Source: Dimorphilus gyrociliatus
Taxonomy: Eukaryota; Animalia; Annelida
DNA length: 64,000 nt
Assembly (NCBI GenBank): GCA_904063045.1
Contig: CAJFCJ010000003.1
Coordinates: 2,029,106-2,093,105 of the forward strand
Direction: 5' to 3'
The first letter of the stretch is position 1; every line of letters begins with the position of its first letter. The position numbers were made by a program, and so were the translations under genes. Under the pieces are notes generated by a model. That model was given only the letters and a program-made list of their open reading frames with translations, did not search any database and had not been told where the DNA came from. Shown piece after piece: positions 1 to 11,754 of the stretch.

Positions 1-599
1 GGTTGTGCTTCTTTAATTCAAAAAATAAATGCGGAAGTACCGAGACATAGGTTAACATTCATGAACATAATTGTAAAATCTTTTAAAAAAATATCTAAGT
101 AAATGAAAAAATAACATTAAAATATTTATTGCAACTGTTCAATAGGCTTATTCTCTTTTTTTTTCGTTATCTTTTCTTTAAAATAAAAAAGAACGATAAT
201 TAGATGTTTTATACTAGAGAGCATCGTCTCAAATAAGCATGTAAATAAACGTTAAAAAAACGATAATGCGTGCCAGGAATTAAAGAGCTTTAACCAATAG
301 AATCATTAGTTGTTTTTGTTTTTTCTTTCTATCTCTTTTCCATGAGGTTCAAAGGATCGAAAGAAACTTAATCAAACATAATAAATTTTTAATTGTCAAA
401 GAAATAAACTGATAATGTAAATACAAAAAAAAAACGAAAATGAAATAAAAGTATGGAAAACATTAGGCTATATCGTATTACAAAGCTTCGCAATGTTAAG
501 TCACTAATGATTTGAATATCCGCCTCGAGCACTCATCGAATGAGATCTACCCACGTTAAGCAAACTCGTTCAAAAAATTTTGAACAATAAAACACCAAA

Positions 600-802
600 T
601 AATCCGAAAGGGATTATCTGTGAGAATGTGTGAGAAAATACCGGAAATAAAACTCTCTTAATTTGCATATCGGCGTCAAACATATTTACACATATATATC
701 AACATATATATATATATATATTTAAATGCGTCAAATAAGGCCTAAACACGTTTCGCAAACTCGCGCCAACAATAAGAGAAAAAAAATCTGAAACGCGGAT
801 TA
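600..802. promoter_or_regulatory. K50 homeodomain (Otx/Dmbx/bicoid-type) binding sites
   Basis: TAATCC 600-605, GGATTA 611-616 (inverted pair) and GGATTA 797-802 upstream of Dmbx. Confidence 0.4.
704..721. repeat. (AT)n microsatellite
   Basis: Direct dinucleotide run. Confidence 0.9.
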
Positions 803-1893
803 TCGGTGAGAAGGAACATGTAAAATCAACAAAGCCTTATGGCGCATTTTCGGCTAGCAAATCCGTGTGTTTTTTGGCACCTTTGTGCGCGTAATTCGAG
901 CCGAACACGTCGTAATTATTCCAACACGTTCTAGGTGCACGTTTTGCTAAGGCACTTTCAATAACTGATCCGAACCTATTCAAATATATCATGTCTTCGT
1001 CTCCTTTAAAGGAGTGCTTGTCAGTGAGTAATGTACCATTGGCTATTACATAACGATTTAGCATTAACATAATAGACACTCAACTGAACTCATATTATGG
1101 GATTTTTACGACTTTTTATGTAATTCCAGTCTTACAGCGTATCACAGAGCATTTCGCCGACAAAGACGTGTTCTTAGTCCGCGTAATGCGCTTAGCGCTA
1201 ATTTTTTTACATTACCCTAATAACTATCAAAGAAAGGGGTCGTTGAAATTTTCATAGTCACGAGCTTCTCACAGCAAGAAATGGCATTTTTCACTTAGTC
1301 GCTTAAATATGTGGTAAGCTGAATAAACGCCCTGAGCGTCACTTCTCCGACGCCTTATTTGCCGAAACGCGAGACGGTCTCGGTCAATACACTAAAGTCG
1401 AGAGTTCTATTTGATCTGGATCGGGCGTCCCTTTTTTCTATTAGAAAAGGTGCGAAAATGAATAGGTCATGTGACTTGACAATCAAGCTTTCGGTTATAT
1501 TTCACACAGGCCCCGGATATAAGTTATTTTTTTCAAATAAGTATTTCCCTTTCATTCAGTGTGTTGTAAACAGATAATTGGTTGATTTCTCCGAGGCATC
1601 CTTCAAAGTTATGAAGGCGACATTTAGAGAAAATTAGATTTATAACTATGCTAATTACCTAATATTCTAAATAATTACTCCCACGAGATAACGATTTGAA
1701 ATTAATAGACTAAATCCTCTTAACGATGCGCCATCTTTGTTTGTTTGCTAATCGATTGGGGATGATCTGTAAACTGAACGAAGATGGAATGGGTGTATTT
1801 TGCGCGATTTACGAGAGTCATGACTATTTTAAGCGTCTAAATCATTTCTTCCAAGATTTAATAATTAAAGCTTTATTTGTCATTTTCCAACAG

Positions 1894-3136
1894 GCCAAGT
1901 TTAAATTTGCAACCAAACTTTCTCCAATCATCAGTTCAATGTGCTATTTCGCCTTTCTACGGCCACCAACCTGCTTCGTTGCATACATTAACTTTGGCGG
2001 AGCGTCTTGCTGGTGAATATTTTTTAAATAAAACTAAAACATGTAAGCATGTTAATAAATTATAATTTTCAAGCAGATATCATCGTTGAAGCCCGGTATG
2101 GTGCTCAAAGGAAACAACGTCGGTCAAGGACAGCATTTACTAATGCTCAACTAACAGCTCTTGAAAAAACGTTCGCAAAAACTCACTATCCCGATGTGGT
2201 TATGAGGGAGCGTTTAGCCATGATGACTCATCTGCCAGAATCAAGAATTCAAGTGTGGTTTAAAAATCGGCGAGCAAAATTTAGAAAGAAGCAGAGGGGA
2301 AGTAAACAAATTCAAAATGTTCCAAAGGAAAGAGATGAGGAAAAGAAGGAAGATTCCGAAGGTAAGGGGATAAAGTAAGGGTAATTCTAAGCTGCGCTGT
2401 AGGGGCTTTACATAGCCGCCAGATTGATTCTTTCCCTTTCGAAAAAGGATTCAGATGAATTTCAGACTTTTTCCTAATAACTAAAGAGCCCTCAAAAAGC
2501 TAGCACTTAGCACAGCAGAGTCTAAATATTCTTATTAACGTATGCATTATGCATTATGCCTAACGTATAAGCTTATCATTAAATAGTATTAAGTACTAAA
2601 TTTATTTTAAAAACTTTGAAAAAGTCTTAAGCGCAATAAAGGAATGTGTAGAAAAATATTTTTTATCCTAATTTAAATATTGAATGTTTTTCCCAGAAAA
2701 ATTTAGTTCTAAATCGGATGACAATGACGAGGAGGCCAAGAGTGATACTTCTGAAACATCACCAACTAAATCAGATTCAAATCAGAGTGAATTATTTTTC
2801 TCAAATAGCTCAGGTAAATTCGGATGAATAATTTTCTCATTTTCTTATTATAGAAATTTTTTATTAGCCAACGCAAGACCTTCCGTCAATCCACAATTCT
2901 TCAGTAGTCCTCAAATGAATCTACTGGAACAGCAAATGACGCAACCAGCACTTAACCTACTTCAGCGTCACCTACTAACTCAAAGCGGTTATTTGAGTTG
3001 GCCATCTTCAATCTCTTCACCCCTGCCTGTGCCGTCTGCGAACTTTCCACTATTTGGAAGTTCTGTTTTGAATGGAAGAAATTCATCTTCACTTGGGTTT
3101 TTTCCCACAACTAATCGGCAAAAAAGTAATCCATAA
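1894..3136 (+). CDS. DMBX1: Dmbx (diencephalon/mesencephalon) K50 paired-like homeobox protein; first coding exon unresolved
   Basis: Exons 1894-2012, 2077-2361, 2697-2813, 2868-3136 splice in frame. LTLAERLA|DIIVEARYG precedes homeodomain [11 protein letters not shown]...[12 protein letters not shown]...[15 protein letters not shown] (K50), matching the Dmbx signature. Confidence 0.9.
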
Positions 3137-3716
3137 AAGAAAAGACGTAACGGCGAAGTAACTTACTTCCAAAGTTGTAGAATAAATATTCACAAGAAAA
3201 AAAACTCTTTTTTCATAATTCAGTTTGTATTTTATTAGTTTATTTCTGTCTTTAAGCAAAAAAAAAATGATAAAAAAATGTCCTAAATTACCTGAAAATT
3301 CTCTTTCTAGCTGATAGATAATGATGTTATCACACAGTATGAATATTTAACTGCACATAAATTAGCTATTGAGATTTATTTCAAATTTTGATCTTTGTAA
3401 TATGTAGTTTATTGTCATTGTTAAAGACTTTATTATAGTGACCTATAAAATACCGTATACTATACTTAAAGAGAAAAAAACCAAATATTTAACATTACTA
3501 TTTCTATTGCTTTTTTTCTCTTAATTAAATATTCTTAGCTTATTGGTTTTAAAGAAAATTAATAAATTAACTTGATTTCTACGATGTCTGTCGATAATTT
3601 TCTTCAGTGTATAGACTTTTAAAAGGGATTTTTTTAAATCAGAAAGATGGCGTTGTTATACATATCTGACTGTTTCGCTAATAGTTGACAGTCTGTGATC
3701 TTTCTAACAGCGCAAA

Positions 3717-4688
3717 ATGCCTATTTCCAGCCCTGATGAGCTGGAAACGGCGCTGGTAGATCTTACTAACAACATGGAAAAGGTATTAGAAACCACAATG
3801 TCAATTTGGAATGAAACAAAAGACGTTTATGAATTTATAAAAAATCCAGGAAAATTAAGTAAAATGGGAAGTCTTATCGGACTTTACCACCAGTTTTTCA
3901 TTCATTGCGAAATAGGTAGTCTAATGGACTTAGAAAGGATCTTTAAACAGTTTTATACAAAATTATCAGTTCAGGAAGCAGTTGCAGGTGTGTTTTAAAT
4001 ATACTGTATTTATTTATCTTTTCCATTCTATCACTTGATAGACTACGACTTCGTTGAAAGAAAATGGAACAGATTTCTTGAAAATATTGATGATAAACTA
4101 AATCCATCTTATTATAGAATATCTACTGTAAACTCCATTGCACCAATAGAAACACGGTTAAAATCTCTAGATGGACAAACTGTTTTATTAAAAAATCTTG
4201 TTGAAAAAAGTTCAAGTACTGTCTTGGTCCTATTAAGACATCTTGCTTGAGTTCCGTGACGTCGACATGTCGTCGAACTTACTAACAATATGCATAAATT
4301 TTCAAACTTGGAAACAAACATCATTGTTATTTCGTTTAGTGGAATGGAAGGTGTTAAACTTTGGAAGAGAGACACCGGTTGTGAATTTCCAGTTTTTGTT
4401 GACGAAGAGAGGATTCTTTACAAGACAATTGGTCTAAAAGTGACTGTTGCAAAAGTTTGGAGCTCAACTTCATTAGGTTACTACGCCGAAGTCTTAACTA
4501 ATGGTGGAAAATTAATTAGCCCCTATTCTAACATAAAAGATGACCCTAATCAAATGGGCGGCAACGTGATAATTGATAATACAGGAGTTTATCGATTTAT
4601 TTATAAAAGCAAAACGCCACAAGACAGACCTAGCATGGAAGAATTAGAATCGTCAATTAAATCCTTGCATATTGTTAGTCGAATTTAG
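3717..4688 (+). CDS. SELENOL: Selenoprotein L (thioredoxin/AhpC-TSA-like fold, UxxU motif), about 305 aa
   Basis: Exons 3717-3987 and 4042-4688. ORFs 4035-4250 and 4290-4688 share a frame, bridged by LLRHLA-TGA(4248-4250)-V-P-TGA(4257-4259)-RRHVVEL. C-terminal DPNQMGGNVIIDNTG..F.YKS typical of PRXL2/SelL/SelU; SECIS in the 3' UTR. Confidence 0.9.
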
Positions 4689-4699
4689 ACTGAATAACA

Positions 4700-4769
4700 G
4701 TATTGAGTCGAATGACAATCGAATATGAAAATCAATTGATGTATTCGATTTGATAATCTATTCCAATAC
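4700..4769 (+). promoter_or_regulatory. SECIS element (type II) of SELENOL
   Basis: Core AUGAC 4712-4716; 10-bp stem AATCGAATAT/GTATTCGATT; unpaired AAA with mini-stem ATCA/TGAT; 3' core UGAU 4751-4754; lower stem GTATTG/CAATAC. Confidence 0.9.
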
Positions 4770-4818
4770 ACCATTTTTAAAATTAGGTAAAATAAAAAAA
4801 ACTTTGTATAAAAAAAGT

Positions 4819-7800
4819 TCACTTGCAAATTCCGTTCAAGTATAACGTGGCACTTCCTTTTTCGCAGTAGCAAACCATTCGAGCTGTATATTCCCCCGCT
4901 ACTGGTGGGGAGAAAGTGACAGGCAAACTTAAAAAATGCCCGTTTCTGATTGTAACATTCGAACATTTTAAAGAGAAAGGTTCGGAAGGTTTATCAAAAG
5001 TCATTTTTACGGATTTTTTACAACGATTCTTAATGGCCAGCTTTTTAGTTTCGGATTTACCAATACTTGTACAAAAATCAACCGAATTAGGACCGATTGA
5101 AACACCTTGTATAACAGTTGTTGAATCCGTCGATTGAGAAGATGGTGGTACAGATCTAGCAGGGGCCGTAGCTGATAATAATTCAAACGATTCTCCTTTC
5201 AACGTCACTCTTGAAACACTAGTTTTCCATCTATTCTTGCATTTTACTTCCCATGTTTGAGTAAATAATCCAGAGTCCAGAGGTCGAAATTGAACAGTTA
5301 TCTGATTACAAAAACAATACTATTAAAAATAGTAGTTCCTTATATTTAGTACTTTTACCTTACAAGTAGAGTTACCCTGAGCGATACCTGCTACTTTTGA
5401 AAACTGAAAAACAACGTAAGTCACTCGAAAATAGTCTCGACTGTTAGATGCTTTTGAATAAGGGGGAGCGAAAGGACTCAAACTCCATTCTACAATATCT
5501 GTTGTGGTATTCTGTAACTCAAATTCTAACTCCTCAAGCCTGCCAGATTTAGCACGACCAAAGTCAACCATTGGTTGAAAAACGAGTAGAGAAGAATTTG
5601 AGGCTACATTGGTTGGTGCTGCCTTTCGAGAGTCATGGCGATGTTGTGTCGGAGTGGTCTGACTGCCTTCAACAATTTCGACGTCAAATTTCTAAAAAAC
5701 ATACAGATTAATGATGATAAATGAAAAAAGGAAAATCTTTGTAAAGCAAACCTTTGTCTCTTTATTGCAAACAACGAATACGGAGCCTGTCCACGGAAAT
5801 GTTGTAATATCAGCATCTTCGACAACAGAAGCCCTTAATGCAACTGAGGATTTTGGTGAGATATGACCTTTTCCAGGATATATATTAATTGTATGAGCAG
5901 GCCAGTTTGCGTCGAATCGTAAAGTATGAGATGAAGAATTTATAAGTTTTACAGTACTACAGCCTAAATCAGATATTTTGTTTGAACTAATTGATATGGA
6001 TTTGGGTTCTAGTTGCCAAGATGGTTCATCAGTTTCCCAATAAGCAGGTGGCAACTCCGTATCTTTGGATGAGTCACGTCTAATAGTTGCGCTTAGCATC
6101 CTTGCTTCTTCAAGAGCTGTAACATCATGAGAAGCCTGTAGTGGCTGAAATCGTTGTGTGTCGTTTAGATCAAAGGTTATCAAAAACTTTATCCTTTTCA
6201 AGTCTTGAATAAAAGTCTTAGAGTCAATACGAATTCTAGAAGGAAGCGACTTTTCGGCTGTACAAGAATCCTCATTTCTAAAGTTTCCTGTAAAATTCGT
6301 ATCCGCAAGAATATCATCTCCTTTTATATGAGATCCTGAGCCGTAAGTTTTTTTAAGCATCCTCCTTGCGAATTCCTCCCCATAAAAAACGCACAAAACT
6401 CCACATACAGACTGTTTATCAACAACGAACATCTCATCTACCTTCAATTTGATTTGAATTTCCTTTACTTGATTGGGTAACAGGCAAAATTCATAATTTT
6501 CCAACTCAATGTGTTCAAACTTTTCTTGACAGTCAGTGTCTCTAAATGCCAATATTTTATTGAAAGAGCACATATTTCCTGCATTTTTTAAAGTCAGGTA
6601 GCATGTGCCTTTTCCATCGGGCCGTATAGTTTCAATTTGTATCATCCCGAAACCATTGTCTGGTCGAAATCTGGTTCCAGGAGCGACAAGTTCAGCGGAA
6701 CCAGAGTAGGCATACAACGGTAAAAAACAATTCGTGTGCCAAGATTCCTTAACGGACAGGCCCCCTTCTATGAATATATTTTCCAATTTGCCTGACTGAT
6801 TAGAACAGGAAAGGCTGATTTCTTCTCCTTTATTAGGGGAAAGTACTAGTTCATCAGTACTCTCTACTTTAAATCCGGAACCGCTTTGATGTTTGACACT
6901 CAATCGTATATCGACTTTCTTTTGACTAGTTGTTTTCAATATTAGTTCTCTCCTCTTAAGCTCTCCTTTCGTGATTCTACCAAACATAAGAGAATTCTTA
7001 TTGGCTTCAATAGTTGGAATTGGTTTAACAATTGCCATTGCATCTATTTCAAAATCTTTATCTCCAGGCTTTCTCCTTAGAACTATAGCACTTTTAATTT
7101 CTGAATTTTCTTCTTCATTTCCAATACAGCTAAATTTGACAGTAATTTCACATTCGTCTTTCGGATTTAGTCTGAAATCGTTAGGTTCAACACGGAAGCA
7201 ATTATTCTCAGACATAGTATTAACCTCAATGGGTATAGTTCCAGAATTTTTTACCCTAAATTTCTGTCTAGAAATACTCTCTTTTTCTCTCTTTCCTTCA
7301 AAGACTATAAAACGCAAACTTCTTGTATTTGTATGCAATATAGGACTTCCGACTAATGCCTTTAAAGATATTCTTCCCAAATTTAATGAACTACCAGGTG
7401 TATCTAAATCCAGAGAGAGTATTGCATTCAATTGTAAAGGATTCTGATTTAGGGCGTCCACTAAGGAACATGTACAAAACACAAAGATATGGAGAACATT
7501 TGCGTCAGGTCTTGAATTGTCAGCCTTTGGAATGACGTAGCTGTCAGTCGTCGGTCGATTCACGTTCGAAGGAGCAAAATAAAAATGTTTTGAATTTTCT
7601 ATAGTTAATTTAACAGGTAGATCACATTTAGAATAATTTCTTAAGGTTAAAAACTTATTTTCACACACATCCCAACACAAGTTTCCGAAATTTAATTCAG
7701 CAGAAGGGGCAACTTCTATAACAGGTAGTTCAGCTTCAGCAGAAATATATACATAAGTAGCAAACCCTGAAGTGGTGTTTCTTTTTGCAGCTGGAACAAC

Positions 7801-10137
7801 TTCAATTCGAATCTCTCCGACATATAGACCAGCAATTTTTGGAACAAATAAAATTCTTACGTCACGGGTACACCCAGGCTCTATAGTGTCACTGCTCTTA
7901 AATAAAAATGGAACTTCCGAATCTGAAAGTGTTTTACTATCCAGGGTTATTTTGCTGGCAAACAAGGAAACTGACAACCATCGAGAAGTAGGATTTGTAA
8001 TGGAAATTAAACTACTGATACTCATACCGACACAAACATTACTATCAAATATGAGTTCTTTAGGAATAACATCTATAAAAACTGGTCCACTTGTGTTCGG
8101 AGGGGTACTTAAAACAGCAGGCGTGCTTTGCCACTGAGGAGCGAATGGTGTATCTGGACTTGGAGTATAATACGAATCTTCAGGCGGGAGAAGTCCAATA
8201 CTTAACTTCGTGTCTGGAGCCAATGCTCCCACAGTAAGTTTACTACTTTCAGTTTCATCGTGATATCTTCTATACGAATCATTTGCATTAATAAATCCTG
8301 ATGGCGTCGGTGGAACTTTCATTGTATTAGGAGTGCTAGTCATCTGTTTCTCTCCACTGTTCCTCCTCATGTGCAAACTATGTTCTATTAAATCCTGCTC
8401 TTGTCTCTTGTCTCGTTCTTTCATGCTACCCCTCAAACCTATAGCACTAGGACGAGGCGAAGCCCAATGGCGATCTTCCTCTTTTTCTAAAGCCAGTTCT
8501 ATCTCTTTCTTTATGGCTTCTACTGTTGAGTGAGGTATCTTTTTTTTCTCACTCCTCTCTACCGATGCTTTTTTGGATTTTATCAATATTTCGATAAGCT
8601 TTTGAATATCATCTTCTTGATCAATAACTTCATCTGTTAAATTTTGTGAGGTAACAGGATTTTCCAGCGATAAATGAGGCTCATTCGTCTGATTTGACCA
8701 CACAGATGTAGTTGATGTAATTTTACTATCTCCTGAATCTTTTCTGGTGCAATCGTCAGACGGCTTCGATTCAAGACTTTCAGTACTTAATCGGCAAACT
8801 TTCTCGGAATTGCAAGAGAGGCGATGTTCACTCCATTTAGAATCGTTGAATACATCACTATTATTCATATGGTTATCTAAAGGGGTAGGTGTCAATGGTC
8901 TCTTGAATGGATCAACTTCATCCTCATAATCTAATGCTTTAATACAATTCTCTTTGTCATCACCCTCATTGCTTTCTTTATAAGATGTAGGTTGGTCAAT
9001 GAGCGGGGTGGCTTGTCGATGGACAGGTGGAGAAACTATTTCCTTTCCCCAGCTGGGTCGTCTTATTAGATCATTAGCAGTAAGCGAGCCTAGAGGTTCC
9101 GACTTGCTAAACACAGCAGCTTGAAAAGCCTTTTGACCATCAATTTTATCAGATGATGTATACCATTCTTCCCACGAGGCAGCAGTATGCGTTGATCCAC
9201 CCAAAAATTTCGAAACTTCACAGCTATCGTCCTGCTCCTCCGATTCAAGAAATTGTCTCTGTATAATTTATAACTAAAAAAAATGATTTGGTAAAAACAA
9301 CACATTACTTCTAGAACTGGATGATCCTGTTTTACTTGTTCTTCGTCAGCATCGAATATCGCTTCGTAATTTTCGCCTGTTAATAATCAAAGAGTGAACG
9401 AACTAAAATACTATTTAACTAATAAATTACCTGAGCAGAATTTTTCGTCACTTTGCTGAGACATATTTTCACCATTCTCATCAAAAAACCCTCGATCGTC
9501 TGCAAAAAGAAATATTAACACGACTTTTAAAATTATTGAAAAACCTTTACCATATTCCTCACTACCGTCTGATCGCAAATCAATCAGATCCGGTTGAACA
9601 GGTTTTAACGAAACGTTTGTTTTCTCAAACATCATTGAATCCAAACCTCCCTCAAACATAGATGATTGATCTGCTTTGTGATATGTTGGTTGTAAATACA
9701 TAGCAGCCATTCCAGTCTTACTCTGTTTATTATAATTATTATATTGTTATACTTTTATTTTTGTATGTCATCACAGCAAAACAAACTATTAAGTACCTCA
9801 TCAATTGTTTCATCTTTTGATTGCTTTTCAAATATGCTCTTGAGATCCATATCATTTTCGCTATTTTCTTCCATAATTAACTTCCAATCAATTTTAGGGA
9901 GCTTGATTTTTCCTTCAATGAGCGAGGGCTCATTTGAGGCGGTTGCATCTGTATTGTCTTTTAAAAAAGTCATTCAGATGAACTGAAACTATGTAACGTG
10001 ATATATTTCTTACCAAGCGTCGAGAAAGATGAAGTGTCCGCATTTCCTATAAAATCATCTCTGAAATGATGCACACTGACTTTTGAAGATTTCTTTTTCG
10101 TTCAAATGTTGTCTACCTACCCTGAAGCTTCAGCCAT
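4819..10137 (-). CDS. CEP192: Centrosomal protein CEP192/Spd-2
   Basis: ATG at 10137; several short acidic N-terminal exons, an exon of about 3.4 kb (ORF 5692-9204) and C-terminal exons with repeated ASH/Ig-like domains, including the WSLSPFAPPYSK...FRVTY..F motif. Confidence 0.85.
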
Positions 10138-10730
10138 AGTTATATCTGACCGCTACTTGTCAAGTGTTATCAACAAATATTCAACTCGGATAATATTGTT
10201 ACTTGATTAAACTCGTTGTTAGGCTATTATCTGCAAATAAATTTGCATATCACTCAAGCGGCAATATAAACAAAACGAATAACTTATGATTTGAATAAAA
10301 ACTGAAATAATTGAGGTGAACATTTACCTGAAGAACTTTACTAAAATTTTGGTTGCATAGTTAATATTTTTTCCGCTTAGATTTTAAAAAAGTCGTTTTA
10401 AAACGTAAAATTTGATATATCCTCTTCAAAATTTCCTCAATAGCCAGTTCCGAGCTAAATAAATTATTAACTCTGATTGGTCTAAAATGGTCAAACCATG
10501 TCAAGGCGCCATCTTCCGATTTGAAAAAACGCGCGAAATAGACCAACCAGTTTCATGCGAAGTATTCCTACGACCATGTGGTTACAAAATATCAAGTACG
10601 ACTGAGAATAATTTTATTTATATTGACTTCAGTGTATTTAAATTAATATGAGCCCTTTATTAAACTTCAATTTTTTCACTTGCATAACGTAGTGGAGTTT
10701 TAATGTTATTAACTTTTTCATACATTAGGT

Positions 10731-11307
10731 TTAACCAATTAGTCGGAGTGAACAACTCAATATCTTCCATGTGTTATTGTCAACTGCTAGCATAAATTGC
10801 GAACTAAAAAGCTGCCTATGTCCATAGTCAAATATCACCACACCACCAACTGACACTAGTGTCATTGAGCTCTGAATTGCGTCTGAAAAATTGATATTTA
10901 ATTTGGACTTTTTGTACGCTAAATACAAACCAAAGTTAAGAGAAGTTACTGGTTGCACGTCAACAACGTCTACCATATGTTGCGACTCCGGTAAGTTTTG
11001 AATAAAGCTTGCAACATGTCCTCCTTTGATCGCTGCACCACACCATAGAAGTTCAGAGGTCGGTAGAAAGAATCTACCTATAATCTATTCAAAGTTGTAA
11101 TGATTATTCTGGAGAAAAAGATTCTAAAAAGAAGTTTTTACATGTCTCTGACGGTCAAAACTCTTGTAAAAGAGCTGAACAAACTCGAGTCCGGTTTCAT
11201 TCGCTGTTAAAAAGTCTAATGGGTTCTGTATACGGTAAATTATTTTACAATTTTTGACATCCTAAGATTAATTAGAACTCTACCCTTTCAATTTTCAGCA
11301 TTCTCAT
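10731..11307 (-). CDS. NXT1/p15-like NTF2-fold protein, paralog A
   Basis: Spliced: ...TANETGLEFVQLFYKSFDRQRH|IIGRFFLPTSELLWCG...VDVQPVT..|..SVGGVVIFD...LFSSQFML..NNTWKILSCSLRLIG; resembles NXT1 (EFV..YY..MD.RR, VDCQP, WKI.S..FR). Start codon approximate. Confidence 0.7.
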
Positions 11308-11754
11308 AAAGTTACTATATCGAAAAAAATGCTACATTAAAATAATTCCTGAATACTATATACCAGTTAATTTTACTGACCCAAAAGACAGTAGCGCTTA
11401 CTGCGGGATTTGCTAGCACTTAATTATTGCTTTCCAAACTATTTTTATGCTTTTAGCGATACCATTAAAAAGTTTAAATCAATTCATAACTTTGGTAAAA
11501 AATTTTTGAATTTCATATTTAAATGTTGAAGAATTTTGGCGAAGAAATTGACTTAATTAAAATTATTAATTGTTAAACTATAACATGACATATAGATGTC
11601 ACTTTGTTGAATAAACTTTTTATTAATTCACACCAATATATAGAATATATTTCAAAAGGATTTTTATTCAATTTATTATGAAAATTATGAGAGAAAAATT
11701 ACAGTTGACACTTTAATACTTTTCACTTTTATTTCTTAACAGAATTTTCTGAAC

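Noticed and set aside
4257-4280. Possible Sec redefinition stem-loop after the second UGA
   Set aside because: Only a 4-bp stem plus weak pairs, overlapping the UGA itself.
4035-4688. Two separate ORFs or a nonsense-disrupted redoxin pseudogene
   Set aside because: Both stops are TGA at the redox-motif positions and a SECIS follows, so this is Sec recoding.
6971-8929. Long plus-strand ORFs opposite CEP192 (and similar ones opposite LRRCC1, PYG and ANAPC2)
   Set aside because: Antisense shadows of real coding exons, with no independent signal.
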